Positions 18,733 through 29,060 of a DNA stretch of 64,000 bases are shown piece by piece. Both the position numbers and the translations under genes were made by a program. The stretch lies in IMG/VR virus record IMGVR_UViG_3300027754_003462. One strand, 5' to 3'. The notes under the pieces were generated by a model. The model was not told where the DNA came from. It was given only the letters and a program-made list of their open reading frames with translations, and searched no databases. The stretch is from a virus. Positions within the stretch are counted from its first letter, which is position 1, and each line of letters begins with the position of its first letter.

Positions 18733-19173
18733 TTAAGCAACCAAACTAGTGAATGTAGCCGCGTTGGATACGTTACCAGTTGGGATACCAATGTTCAAAC
18801 CACCAGTTGCATTGGCTGTTTGAGCAGCCGCTACCAATGTTGCTGTTGTGTAAGCGCCACTTGGGTAGATAGCAATGTTGATTGTACCAGCAGTTGCACC
18901 TGCTTGGTAGAACGCAATTGTTCCGCCTGCACCGCCGCCAGTGATGCCAGCACCAGATTGGATTGCTTGGAACACATTGTTCAAATAACCGTTGACGTTA
19001 CCAGCATTTGTCAATGCGGCATTTGCTGTCAATAAGAAGAAGTCTAGCTTTGGGCCAGACAACATCACTGGGCCTTGGGCCGCGACGTTTGCTGTACCAG
19101 CGATAGAACCGTTTGCTACGTCCAGTGCAAAGACTGGTTGGGTAGTACCATTTACTCTTGTGAATGTTGCCAT
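18733..19173 (-). CDS. probable virion structural protein
   Basis: 146 aa A/G/T/N-rich; AAGGA RBS, upstream CTAAATA, own terminator. Confidence 0.6.
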   Translation of the reverse strand: MATFTRVNGTTQPVFALDVANGSIAGTANVAAQGPVMLSGPKLDFFLLTANAALTNAGNVNGYLNNVFQAIQSGAGITGGGAGGTIAFYQAGATAGTINIAIYPSGAYTTATLVAAAQTANATGGLNIGIPTGNVSNAATFTSLVA

Positions 19174-19237
19174 TTCGATTTTTCCTTTAAGTTAGTGGTC
19201 TTGGAGGACCTGCTTTTATTTAGCCGAATTGGAAAAA

Positions 19238-21142
19238 TCACGCCTGTTGAGGATTATTTCTCTGACGATTTTGAGCCGCAAAAGCATTGGGGTCAAATCT
19301 GTTTACTGCTTTTGCATAGCCCACAGGAGTGGCCATGACCCAGCCTTCTTGCCCCGGGTGCTCGGTATCTGCTTGGCGTAGCAGGTGCATTTTGACATTG
19401 TGTAGCAAGTTAAATGCATTAAATGCCGCGGCAAGTGCAGGAGTGTTACTTGTAGGGCTGTTCAAGTACTCTACAATATTACGGAACTTTTGTGGGGTTA
19501 CCTTGGTTTCTAACCACTTGCCGAACTCAGGCAACAGTGTGGCACCGTTGAGTGGACTACCTACTTTGGTGTTGATAAAGTCCACACACAGTTTTGCTAG
19601 GTCTGTGATCTTGTGTGCTCGTAATTCTGTGGGGTTGAACAACGTATCAATCGCTCGCCCGCTGGTCTTGATCAACTGCTTCAATTGCTTTTCGACCTTG
19701 GTTTCAGTTTCAAGTGCTCGAGGGCTTGCTGGCCTTTCCAACATCAGTCCCGGAACCTCATTAAACTTTACTCCACTGAGTGGTTGACGTGCATCTCCTG
19801 CATCTGCATACATTGAGTGGATAGCAATACCAATATCACTAGCACCAATGCGTTGTCCTAGTGAACTCTTGACCGGAATTTTGTATTCCACTGTGTTGGG
19901 CCGGAACACATAGTTGCCTGCTTCCACAGGAGGTGTTGACATGTACAACAAGTCACCTTTGACATAGCCGCGGAAGTTTGGGGGCAGTGCGGCTTCTAGT
20001 ATAGGAAACAATGTGGTATAGATTTGAATCAATTCAGTTCTGTCACCTGGACGATGACTTTGTATATCGGTCATCATTTCAGGACTTGTGGCAAGTCCAT
20101 CGTAGCCTTTGGCTTCGAACCCCGAACCATCTGTTAACACAAACTCACCTGTGGCAGGCTTGCGTCCAAATATCACAGCAGGTTTGCCGTCCCACTTGGC
20201 TGTAACAGTTCGAGGTTGCTGAGTAGCATGGCTAACAATTTCAAGTGCGTCCTTGATGCCTTGTGTACCACGACGGAACACTAGATCTTCAAGATGTTCA
20301 ATACCTTTGGCTCTGCCACCAACTCCGGCTTGCTCTGCTTCTACTAGAGCAATATAGCCCCGGTTCACAATACGATCACGTAGCCGTGCTAGAAAGTTAA
20401 CGTCACTTTCTGCTACACCTGTTTCAGGTTCTTTTACACCTTCACGTGTGATATAATCACGGAAGTCTGCTAGTTTGGCATCACGATCAGGATCCATGGC
20501 CAAGGCCTTGTAAATGCTTTCCACAGTCATTAGTTGATTGCGTTTGTATTGTGGAGCCAGCAATATGCCAGCGGCTTGATCTGGATCCATTGTGACCATT
20601 CGATCTGTTTCACGACTGATGATGCCTTTGGCTGAGGCTTTGAGTCCCAGTGCTTTGGCAATGCTCGACATTAAAATATTTCGGAACACACCTTTGTAGG
20701 CTGATCCTGTGCCGCCGCCCAGCCAAAATGTACCCCATTCCATATTGGGCATGAACATAAAGTCTGTTTGTACATAGCCACGCTTGGGGTCGCCTTGTAT
20801 GGGTGTTTTGAAGTGTACTGCTTCACCTGTAAGGCGTGTCCAGTCTTTAGGATCTTGTTTGTTTTTTGTGGACCAGGCATCTAGTATGCCCTTGAGTTCA
20901 GCCTTGGTTATTTCGTTGGCATCCACAGCAAGATCTAGGTCACCCGAGTCAGGTTTCTTGCCTGTTGAGCCCAGCCACTTGACGGGAATTCCTGCTTCGT
21001 CTCGATCATGTGATAAATCAAGACCTGTGACAGTTTCCAGCCAAGCCACTGTGCTGGCAATATCCCCTTGTTTGATGCGTTGTGTTAGTGGCTGGCCTTG
21101 TGCATCTTTGAAAACATTGCCGCCTTCGTTGAGATAAGTCAT
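19238..21142 (-). CDS. Pol-beta-type nucleotidyltransferase fused to a DUF6267/ligase-like domain
   Basis: LGSTGKKPDSGDLDL...VQTDFM (GS, DxD, third D); second half IEHLEDL...AKWDGKPA...VKGDLLY...QEGWV...KAVNR. Confidence 0.7.
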   Translation of the reverse strand: MTYLNEGGNVFKDAQGQPLTQRIKQGDIASTVAWLETVTGLDLSHDRDEAGIPVKWLGSTGKKPDSGDLDLAVDANEITKAELKGILDAWSTKNKQDPKDWTRLTGEAVHFKTPIQGDPKRGYVQTDFMFMPNMEWGTFWLGGGTGSAYKGVFRNILMSSIAKALGLKASAKGIISRETDRMVTMDPDQAAGILLAPQYKRNQLMTVESIYKALAMDPDRDAKLADFRDYITREGVKEPETGVAESDVNFLARLRDRIVNRGYIALVEAEQAGVGGRAKGIEHLEDLVFRRGTQGIKDALEIVSHATQQPRTVTAKWDGKPAVIFGRKPATGEFVLTDGSGFEAKGYDGLATSPEMMTDIQSHRPGDRTELIQIYTTLFPILEAALPPNFRGYVKGDLLYMSTPPVEAGNYVFRPNTVEYKIPVKSSLGQRIGASDIGIAIHSMYADAGDARQPLSGVKFNEVPGLMLERPASPRALETETKVEKQLKQLIKTSGRAIDTLFNPTELRAHKITDLAKLCVDFINTKVGSPLNGATLLPEFGKWLETKVTPQKFRNIVEYLNSPTSNTPALAAAFNAFNLLHNVKMHLLRQADTEHPGQEGWVMATPVGYAKAVNRFDPNAFAAQNRQRNNPQQA

Positions 21143-22068
21143 TACCATGGGATTCCATTTTCGTCGGCGGCTTGTTTGTGAGTTGGATTGTTTGCATCAT
21201 ATTGCATGTAACCTTGCCCAAAATTAATTTCTTTACCTCGAGTGCGAGGATTTATTTGGAACTGTACTGCACCAACACCGCCACTGCCAGCCGCGCTGCC
21301 ACGTTTGATGTCGTATGCTATGATGTTTTGTGCTGGTAGTATTCCGTCGCCCACTAGTTTGATCCAATCCAGGCCCATGTTTTTGGGGTCGCCACCTTGT
21401 ATTTCGGCTTGGTAGATAGCGTCTATCATTTGTGTGATATCTGCAACCACATCTTGTATGCCTTGTTTGGCCACTGGATCTTTGATACTGCTGGCCAACT
21501 GTGTGTATTCTCTACCCAGCATTTGATTGACCAGCATGTGTAACTCTTGTTTCAATGCAGCCACACTAGGTTGAGAAACTGTTTTGAGACTGTTAGCAGG
21601 ATTACCATTGGCGTCTTTGCTGTTGGCCAAAAAATTCTGTACTGTTTGTGCCCAAGAAGCCTGCATTGTTGTGGCCAGTTGTTTGGCCATAGGGCTGTTG
21701 ACCATGCTCTTGAACATGTCATCACGACTCATTGATGTGCCACCTTTGCCCAGGACATCTACCCCACCAAAGGCCTTGCTCATTAGGCTTTTGCCCAATG
21801 CCCCTAGTGTTCCGCCGGCCAAGGCCGCGGCGCCACCTACAATTTTTCCCGGAACGCTGTTGGCAATAGCACTGCCCACAGATCCACTGGTCTTGGCTGC
21901 GGCAGAGGGAGTTGCAGTAGCAGTAGTTCCAGCAGTGGCTGAACCACTAGTGGCAACAGGTTTGGCAAATCCTGTGCCGTAAGTTACCTTGGGTTGAACA
22001 CCACCGGTTCCTGTCACTGTTGGCACAAGTTCGGTTAGGGGTCTACGTGTTATTTCATGAATCTGCAT
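21142..22068 (-). CDS. hypothetical protein (possible head-internal protein)
   Basis: Start MQIHEITRRPLTE after AGGAG RBS. Confidence 0.65.
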   Translation of the reverse strand: MQIHEITRRPLTELVPTVTGTGGVQPKVTYGTGFAKPVATSGSATAGTTATATPSAAAKTSGSVGSAIANSVPGKIVGGAAALAGGTLGALGKSLMSKAFGGVDVLGKGGTSMSRDDMFKSMVNSPMAKQLATTMQASWAQTVQNFLANSKDANGNPANSLKTVSQPSVAALKQELHMLVNQMLGREYTQLASSIKDPVAKQGIQDVVADITQMIDAIYQAEIQGGDPKNMGLDWIKLVGDGILPAQNIIAYDIKRGSAAGSGGVGAVQFQINPRTRGKEINFGQGYMQYDANNPTHKQAADENGIPW

Positions 22069-22303
22069 TGGTTCTCCTAACAGATCGCGAAAACTTGCCA
22101 GCATCTTTGGTGCGTATGGCATTCAGCAGTTTTCTGGTGAGGTTGTCTGCTTGCTCTGCACCAAACTCTGATTCTATTTGTTCAATCAAGCGTATGGCGC
22201 TGGCAATCACACTGTCAGCCCTAGTTTCAATGATCAGGCGGCGATCCTGCTTCACATACATTGAATCTAGTTCTTCTAGCAAACTTCGGGTCTTTTTCTG
22301 CAT
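22055..22303 (-). CDS. conserved phage hypothetical protein
   Basis: 82 aa helical ORF (MQKKTRSLLEELD...), upstream CTAAATA. Confidence 0.7.
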   Translation of the reverse strand: MQKKTRSLLEELDSMYVKQDRRLIIETRADSVIASAIRLIEQIESEFGAEQADNLTRKLLNAIRTKDAGKFSRSVRRTNADS

Positions 22304-22372
22304 TCGATCTGGGCCTTTGGATTATTTAGTGCTTTTTAGATTCTAATAAATATCTATTATACAGGATCACAC

Positions 22373-23296
22373 ATGACAAGTCAAATCAACCCCAACAACA
22401 TCGACGGCCAATACCCCGTTGCGGGCCAGCCCAACAACACACAGGGCTTTAGAGATAATTTTACCAACATCAAAACCAATTTCCAAACAGCCGCCACAGA
22501 GATCACTGACTTGGAAAACAAAGGCGTATTCAAAGCCGCACTAACAGGCACCACACTTGACAACAACATGGCAGACAACTTAATATACGCCGTTAAATTA
22601 CAAGATGTCAGTTACACGTATGTGCAACAAACTGCTACCGCAGGTGCTATCCCTATTGATTACGCAGCTGGGCAATATCAACTGGTTGCGCCCACTGCCA
22701 ACGTTAGTTTGAGTTTTTCTAACTGGCCTGCCGCAGGATCTGAGGGCGAAGTGTACGTTGACGTTGTTGTGACCAATACTGCTTACACAGTCACCCTGCC
22801 TGCCGCAGTCAGTGTAGGCACAACAGGCATTCAAGGGTATGCAGCCAACGTTATCACCTTTGGTGCTGCCGGTACATATAGATTTGGGTTTAGTACTGCG
22901 GACGCAGGTACTACAATTGCCATCTATGATTTGAATCGTGCTCTCACTGCTTACACCAATTCATTTGGATATGTTGCCGGGGGTGGCGGCACTGTGACTC
23001 AGGCCACCAACAAGGCCACCGGTGTTACACTAAACAAACCCAGTGGTCAAATTACTATGAGCAATGCGGCCCTGGCTGCCGCTACTATTGTGAGTTTTAC
23101 TTTTACAAACAGCACAATTTCATCTACTGACTTGTTGGTAATCAATCATGTGAGTGGCGGTACTGTGGGGTCTTACACATTCACTGCCGCTTGTGGCTCG
23201 GGCTCGGCCACTGTGTATGTTCGTAATGCAACCTCAGGCTCACTCGGCGAAGCCATTGTGTTGCGTTATGCTGTGATTAAGGGCGCCATAAGTTAA
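22373..23296 (+). CDS. probable virion structural (tail/baseplate) protein
   Basis: YPVAGQPNNTQGFRDNF N-terminus, T/A/G-rich beta C-terminus; ATAAATA and AGGA upstream. Confidence 0.6.
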   Translation: MTSQINPNNIDGQYPVAGQPNNTQGFRDNFTNIKTNFQTAATEITDLENKGVFKAALTGTTLDNNMADNLIYAVKLQDVSYTYVQQTATAGAIPIDYAAGQYQLVAPTANVSLSFSNWPAAGSEGEVYVDVVVTNTAYTVTLPAAVSVGTTGIQGYAANVITFGAAGTYRFGFSTADAGTTIAIYDLNRALTAYTNSFGYVAGGGGTVTQATNKATGVTLNKPSGQITMSNAALAAATIVSFTFTNSTISSTDLLVINHVSGGTVGSYTFTAACGSGSATVYVRNATSGSLGEAIVLRYAVIKGAIS

Positions 23297-24405
23297 AGAT
23301 ACCTAGCATAAAATTCAGCCACTTCTGGAAATGTTTTTTGAAATGACTGATTTCTAAAGTTATCAAATTTTACAATTTCTTTTATCATACTTTCAATACC
23401 TATGGGATTTTCTTCCCAGTTCTTAGATATTAAATTCTTATAGTTGCTTGTTTGCATAGCATCAACATATTCTTGTGTGCAGTTATCTAGACTAAATTTT
23501 CCAAGTGCTAGATGATTTCCTTGACTAGTAGGGTCACCTTCACGGTTACTTGAAAAATTATCATCAGCCCAGATCTTTGATTGTTCTAGATAAAAGAGAT
23601 TAAAGATACTCACAGTTTCTTCAATGTGAAACATTACATTACTAGGAGCAGTGTGACGAATTTGCATCATGTTATCAACCACCTGATGCCAGGATGCTGG
23701 CCAACGAAGATATTCAAATCTTTCGCCAATGCCATCTAGACTTACGTTTAGTTTGACCAGATGAAATCTATCAATTATTTCATGATTTCTGACATGTATG
23801 GGTTGAGTACCATTTGTCTGAAAACACAAAGTCAATTGTTGTTTGACATTGGGCACATTGTTAGATAACCATTCGGCAATTTTCCAATATGCTTGCCCCA
23901 ACATGGTTTCGCCTCCAGCAAATACTAACATTTGCAAATTAGAAAGATCTAGTTGTTCCAGTGCTAAAATCACATTGTGATGTTGTTGTAGAGAACTTAT
24001 CGGTTGATTCCAACTGCCGTGCTCATTGAGATGCTTTTGCCAAAACGTACTTGATTGCGGCCCGCAAGATCTACATGCAAGATTACAACTTAGATCAAAT
24101 TTAAGATCTATTCTTGTTGGCCCCGACAGGTTGGTCTTTATGTCTTTTAATCCGGCATTCATTCCAGTACGAAAACTTTGTCCACCAACTGTCTCTATAG
24201 ATTTACAACTTTCGCATTCTGGTGCCCAAACATTTTGATTATTAAGTTGCCGGAGGGGTATAAATCCTGGATCGTTCCAAAAATTTGTTGTTATGTCAAT
24301 TGGAAATCTTGAATTGTGCAAACAACAATGCTGGGCAGTTGCGTATTTTTCTTTAAGATTTAATTCAAGACCGCCGTGTATCATTGAGCAGTAAGAGTCG
24401 GTCAT
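23293..24405 (-). CDS. radical SAM protein with N-terminal SPASM/twitch-like domain
   Basis: CNLACRSC, AGGET, TNGT, SLDG, FEYLRWPASW; N-terminal YC...HCC...CESC. Confidence 0.88.
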   Translation of the reverse strand: MTDSYCSMIHGGLELNLKEKYATAQHCCLHNSRFPIDITTNFWNDPGFIPLRQLNNQNVWAPECESCKSIETVGGQSFRTGMNAGLKDIKTNLSGPTRIDLKFDLSCNLACRSCGPQSSTFWQKHLNEHGSWNQPISSLQQHHNVILALEQLDLSNLQMLVFAGGETMLGQAYWKIAEWLSNNVPNVKQQLTLCFQTNGTQPIHVRNHEIIDRFHLVKLNVSLDGIGERFEYLRWPASWHQVVDNMMQIRHTAPSNVMFHIEETVSIFNLFYLEQSKIWADDNFSSNREGDPTSQGNHLALGKFSLDNCTQEYVDAMQTSNYKNLISKNWEENPIGIESMIKEIVKFDNFRNQSFQKTFPEVAEFYARYL

Positions 24406-25859
24406 GATTGTTTAATCTTTCCCAGCAGTTGTTTTAGTTTTGCGCTTTGCACATCTGCTGAAACTTTGCCTGTTTCCTGTGGGCCTTTTTCCCAAGCAGG
24501 AGTTCCTGTGGCTCGCTCCCATGGTGGGGATGATTCACTTGACTCTACAGTGTCGGCTGGCTTAACTTGACTGCGAGCCTTGATTGAGTCCATGATACTG
24601 CTTTGGGGTTTGTTGTAACCAGTTCCTTCGTCCCCACCTTCATCAGTAATGCGCATGGTTTCAATGTTGTATTCAAGGTCAATCTTTTGTCCCACACCTG
24701 TTGAACTACGACTCTTCATACATTGTATTTGATACTTGCCACGCTCTTTCATGGCACGACTTGTAAAGATACCAAACACATTGTCTGCTGTGTTGATCTT
24801 GGAAATACCGCCTGATATGTGCGAGTGATCAAATTCAATCTCTTCCACAGCACTACGATTCAACTGCGATGCTGTTACCATTAGCACTGCCAACTCTTTG
24901 GCCAAGTTACGCAGTTCTTCACTCACATACTTGTCTTTAACAAACAAGTCGTTGGGTGAGACTTTGGCACTCACAGGCATCAACAAATCCAAATAGTCAA
25001 TCATCACAAAGTCTACCTTCTTGCCTGTTTGAATTTGATACTCTTTCAAATAAGCACGAATGTCATTGATGTTGCTCTGGGCTGGCAATCCTTTCACTTG
25101 ATAGTTGCCTGACTTCTTGGCCACAAGTTTTACCTTGAGTTCAGTTGTATCAATATCTTTGCGAATGTCCTTGGTGCTCATGTTTGTTAACATAGCATCT
25201 GTTCGCAAACTTGTGAGTTCTTCTGATAGTTCAAGTGTGATATACACCCCACTCAGGCCTTGTTGTAACCAGTTGAGTGCAATGTTCATCATCACAAGAC
25301 TCTTACCCGAACCCGATCCTCCGGCAAAGATGTTGAGTTCACCACGACTGAATCCGCCATACAACAATCTATCCAGTTGTGGCCATCCTGTGCTTACTTG
25401 CCCGCCCGAGTTAAAGTATTTCTCAATGCGAGCCTTAGGATCAGCAAAGTAATCCGTGCCCATGTCTTTAGTAAGTGATATCTGTACTGCATCTTTGATA
25501 AGTTTCTCAACGGGTTCAAACTCGCCTTTCTCCAACAGGTCTGCTGATTTTAAAATTGCACGTTCAAGTTCTTGGCGCCGGGTAAATGCTTCAAACTCGC
25601 CCATGAACCAGTCAAAGTGGCCTTCGTTCAAGTCCGGCACTGGCGCAAGTTTAATGCCTGTAGTCGCAGAGATCTGTGACCTGTCGGGCATGGTCTTGTG
25701 TTTGTCAGTGTGTTCTTTAATGAACTCAGCCGCTGGTCTTAGACTTCGGTCAAAGTTCTGCGGATTGTAGATGTTTTGAACACGCACATAACTTGTGGCG
25801 TCTTCCAGCATCATTTCTAGAAATAGTCTTTGGACGTCAAGTCCGTATTCTTTTAACAT
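24402..25859 (-). CDS. replicative DNA helicase (gp41/DnaB-like)
   Basis: GGSGSGKS Walker A, ITLELS, MIDYLDL, TASQLNR, MKSR. Confidence 0.93.
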   Translation of the reverse strand: MLKEYGLDVQRLFLEMMLEDATSYVRVQNIYNPQNFDRSLRPAAEFIKEHTDKHKTMPDRSQISATTGIKLAPVPDLNEGHFDWFMGEFEAFTRRQELERAILKSADLLEKGEFEPVEKLIKDAVQISLTKDMGTDYFADPKARIEKYFNSGGQVSTGWPQLDRLLYGGFSRGELNIFAGGSGSGKSLVMMNIALNWLQQGLSGVYITLELSEELTSLRTDAMLTNMSTKDIRKDIDTTELKVKLVAKKSGNYQVKGLPAQSNINDIRAYLKEYQIQTGKKVDFVMIDYLDLLMPVSAKVSPNDLFVKDKYVSEELRNLAKELAVLMVTASQLNRSAVEEIEFDHSHISGGISKINTADNVFGIFTSRAMKERGKYQIQCMKSRSSTGVGQKIDLEYNIETMRITDEGGDEGTGYNKPQSSIMDSIKARSQVKPADTVESSESSPPWERATGTPAWEKGPQETGKVSADVQSAKLKQLLGKIKQS

Positions 25860-26971
25860 TGTATAATTGGTCCCTGGAGACTAAGTCTCCAATTTGTGTT
25901 TCTTATTTTATCTAGTTTTTCAAAATAATCAATCCATTCAGTGGATTGCGACGATCCTAGTTGTGATAACAGGCCGCTGGCACCTGGCAACTCTATAATA
26001 GATTGTAACACATCTTCAGCAGAATTATGTAACATACTGGGAAAATTTTTTAGTGATAAAACCTTTCCACCATACGATGATGGCTCAATTGCACGTACAA
26101 ATATTTGACTAGAATCTCCTTGATTTCCATTTTGGCAGTGATTTTTCCACCATTCAAAAAACTCAGGCATATTAAAAATATTATGTATTCCTACTATAGC
26201 ATTAACTTCAATTAAAATACAAGGACCGTCCAAATTTCTAAACCATTGAATATTTTTTTGTGTCTGGTCCCAGTTGGCCGGAAATCTAGTGTATTCAAAT
26301 GTTGTACCTATACCGTCAAGACTAAAAAATAACCGAATCCATTTTGCCTGGCACCATAGATCTATCAGTTCCTGATCGGGCAAAATAGTTCCGTTTGTAT
26401 TGTACGTCAATGAGACTTCGGGAAGGCGTCCAATGTTTTTGAGATGCATTAATATTTTTTTATTGTCAGGGTTTAAGAGTGGTTCCCCTCCAGTAAAATG
26501 CAACTGGCTTACTTCGCTTAGGTCTAAATCTTGCCAAACGGATTCAGGATTCTTTTTCAAACGGATTAGGGGAATTGTGTTATCAAACAAGTGATAGTGT
26601 GAATTCCAAGAACTACTATATCGAGAACTGCAAGATATACATGTGAGATTGCAAATTAAACTTTGTTCAAGATGTAATTTTTTAATTTTTGTTCCGGAGT
26701 CGTCCCAAATTGTTTCGTTTTGTGTGCGTTCTCTTTCGTTGGCAATGTGTCCTGACATTTTACAATATGATGAGCATTTGTCAGGCACACGGTCCTGGGA
26801 TTGGCGCCTAATAGATTGCAGATAGTCATGATCAAACATTACTTTTTCAACAGATTTTTTATTCTGCCAACAACACATAGAAATTTGAGTGCTACCTTGA
26901 GGAGTACTACCAATGAATAGTCCTTGATCATAGTATGGACAAAAACAATCACTGGCGTAGTCTTTTAACAA
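25853..26971 (-). CDS. radical SAM protein with N-terminal SPASM/twitch-like domain
   Basis: CNLTCISC, FTGGEPL, YNTNGT, FEYTRFPANW; TTG start overlapping the primase end. Confidence 0.88.
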   Translation of the reverse strand: MLKDYASDCFCPYYDQGLFIGSTPQGSTQISMCCWQNKKSVEKVMFDHDYLQSIRRQSQDRVPDKCSSYCKMSGHIANERERTQNETIWDDSGTKIKKLHLEQSLICNLTCISCSSRYSSSWNSHYHLFDNTIPLIRLKKNPESVWQDLDLSEVSQLHFTGGEPLLNPDNKKILMHLKNIGRLPEVSLTYNTNGTILPDQELIDLWCQAKWIRLFFSLDGIGTTFEYTRFPANWDQTQKNIQWFRNLDGPCILIEVNAIVGIHNIFNMPEFFEWWKNHCQNGNQGDSSQIFVRAIEPSSYGGKVLSLKNFPSMLHNSAEDVLQSIIELPGASGLLSQLGSSQSTEWIDYFEKLDKIRNTNWRLSLQGPIIQC

Positions 26972-27938
26972 GTTGTTTCTTCCTTATTTCTATTTTGATT
27001 CGGCTGGTTTCTCTCGAGGCCATAATAGTTAGCAAAGCCCCCAGGCGGCCTAGTTTTATCACAGCGTCATTGACATCTTTGCAACCCGCTGGCCACTCGG
27101 GTATGCTCACTGCCCAGCCCAGTTCCACAGCACGGTCGATCAGTTCTACGCCGGCTGTGTCTTGATCTGGCACCACAGTGACTTCACGACCAAGACTGCG
27201 AATTAATCTTGCTTGGCCATCGCTGATGGTATTGTGCATCACAGCAAGTCCACCGATTGAGAGTGCATCAAAGATACCCTCAGTAACAATCACATGTTGC
27301 CAGTCTGCATGTTGTAAATCTGTACCAAACACATAGCCCGGTTGTGAGTGATTGATGTACCGGGGCTGTTTGTCATCTAAGAATCTAGCAGTCCAGCCTA
27401 TCACTCGGTTGTCATATGTAAACGGTACCAACACAAATGGCCTTGTCCAATGAACCCCATCAGTTTTGATCGATGTCATTATGGGAAAGTCTTCAGGCAC
27501 GCCACGCCGGCGTATGTAATCCCAGTACAGCGGATGTTCAGGTGTGACCACTTCTGAGAACGGGGGGAAGTCGTCTGCTTCTTCAAACTCAATGGCACTG
27601 AGTGCATTGAATACTCGTTGTCGATCTTCCAAGATGCCGTGTATGCTACGATGACGCAGACTTTCAAGATTGAGCATTTCAATCTCGTTATCCGGCACAC
27701 CCATCCATCCTAACAATCTCTTGGCTTTGAAACTGACAGTACGGCCTAGAATGAAACTGGCTGTGTATGAGCAATTGAAGCAATGATAACTCCAGCCCGA
27801 TTCAGTTGCTTTGATACCACCACGTCCACGCCGGTCTTGGCTGTTGCCATTATGAGTGCAACATACCGCATTGAAACTCAGCCAGCCTTGTGGACTGGGT
27901 TTTCTTTTTGCAGGTAGGTAAGCAAGGATGTCTAGCAT
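26949..27938 (-). CDS. DNA primase (gp61-like)
   Basis: Zn-binding CC...HCFNC; TOPRIM EGIFDA, PDQD, KDVND. Confidence 0.9.
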   Translation of the reverse strand: MLDILAYLPAKRKPSPQGWLSFNAVCCTHNGNSQDRRGRGGIKATESGWSYHCFNCSYTASFILGRTVSFKAKRLLGWMGVPDNEIEMLNLESLRHRSIHGILEDRQRVFNALSAIEFEEADDFPPFSEVVTPEHPLYWDYIRRRGVPEDFPIMTSIKTDGVHWTRPFVLVPFTYDNRVIGWTARFLDDKQPRYINHSQPGYVFGTDLQHADWQHVIVTEGIFDALSIGGLAVMHNTISDGQARLIRSLGREVTVVPDQDTAGVELIDRAVELGWAVSIPEWPAGCKDVNDAVIKLGRLGALLTIMASRETSRIKIEIRKKQLVKRLRQ

Positions 27939-27944
27939 TCAACT

Positions 27945-27973
27945 AGTATAACACAATTGTCACACTAGATCAA
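27945..27973 (-). promoter_or_regulatory. sigma70-like promoter TTGATC-N17-TATACT
   Basis: Six nt upstream of the primase ATG. Confidence 0.6.
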
Positions 27974-29040
27974 CGATATTGAACGTTTTGTACTCGTCCG
28001 TTTGTAAATAGTGCAGTGGCACTTACATTGCTTTGGAATTGAACTGGCAAGTAGCCCGATCCGCCATTGGTAACAGTTACCCCGGCAACACCACCGTTGG
28101 GATCAATTGTACAGGTAGCAGTTGCACCCGAACCATCACCTAGGATTTCAACCAAGGGCGGTGCCACATAGTACACGCCGGCATTGGTTATACTGACCGA
28201 AGTTACCACATTATTTGTGACTTGTACTGTGCCCGCGGCACCATAACCAATTGAGTTGTTGAATGCCAGGCGCAACAATGGATGGAAGCCAACCACGTTG
28301 AAATAATCACTTATGGTTTCGCCAAGATATTGTCTTGACTCTGTCACATTGTACCAGACTGATTCATAGTTCTGGGCGGCTTGTATTTTGACTGTGCCTG
28401 TGTAGCCCACCAAGTCATACTTGACTGTGGTCAGGCTTGCGCCGTTTGTGGGCATGAAACTACTGTAGAATTCCGTTGCTTGAATAGCATTGATCGGTTG
28501 TGGTGTCAGTGCCCAGTCTGGCCATTGTGTTGGACCCACGCCAAAGTAGTTGTTCTTGCCGTACATGTCAGGCACAGTGCATTCTGCGGCTGGTATGTGT
28601 TGCGGCAGCACAGAGTCCACAATGTTGCAGTCTGCTCTGGCTTGTGAGTTAGCATCTGTATACGCGGCCTGCACATAGTTGCCGGCTGTGCGTTGTATGC
28701 TGTAACTGGCAGGCTGTGCTTGAATGTTGATTGTGTCAGTGTTATCAAGCACAACTTTGACTCTGCCCAGTGCGGAACTTAGGATTTCCATGGGCTTGGT
28801 AACCAGGAGTTCATCTCCTGTTTGATTTACCACACGGAAAACAAAACTAGAGCCTGCAATATTCACAGGTTTCTGGTCTTGATTTATAAATTCAAAGAGT
28901 AGAACATTGTCCACTCCCTTGTTGATTGTTAGTTGTTTTGCGTACACTGGGTCGTACCTCTTTGTAAAATATCCGCCACTGGTGTCTATCAAAAGTACCC
29001 GGACGAGTTGTTGGTATAAGTAAACGGTGGTTGAATACAT
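27970..29040 (-). CDS. probable virion structural protein
   Basis: Ig-like N-terminus; VTNGGSGY-type repeats typical of T4-like tail proteins; ATAAATA upstream. Confidence 0.6.
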   Translation of the reverse strand: MYSTTVYLYQQLVRVLLIDTSGGYFTKRYDPVYAKQLTINKGVDNVLLFEFINQDQKPVNIAGSSFVFRVVNQTGDELLVTKPMEILSSALGRVKVVLDNTDTINIQAQPASYSIQRTAGNYVQAAYTDANSQARADCNIVDSVLPQHIPAAECTVPDMYGKNNYFGVGPTQWPDWALTPQPINAIQATEFYSSFMPTNGASLTTVKYDLVGYTGTVKIQAAQNYESVWYNVTESRQYLGETISDYFNVVGFHPLLRLAFNNSIGYGAAGTVQVTNNVVTSVSITNAGVYYVAPPLVEILGDGSGATATCTIDPNGGVAGVTVTNGGSGYLPVQFQSNVSATALFTNGRVQNVQYR

Positions 29041-29060
29041 AGGATCCTCAGCAAGTATTT

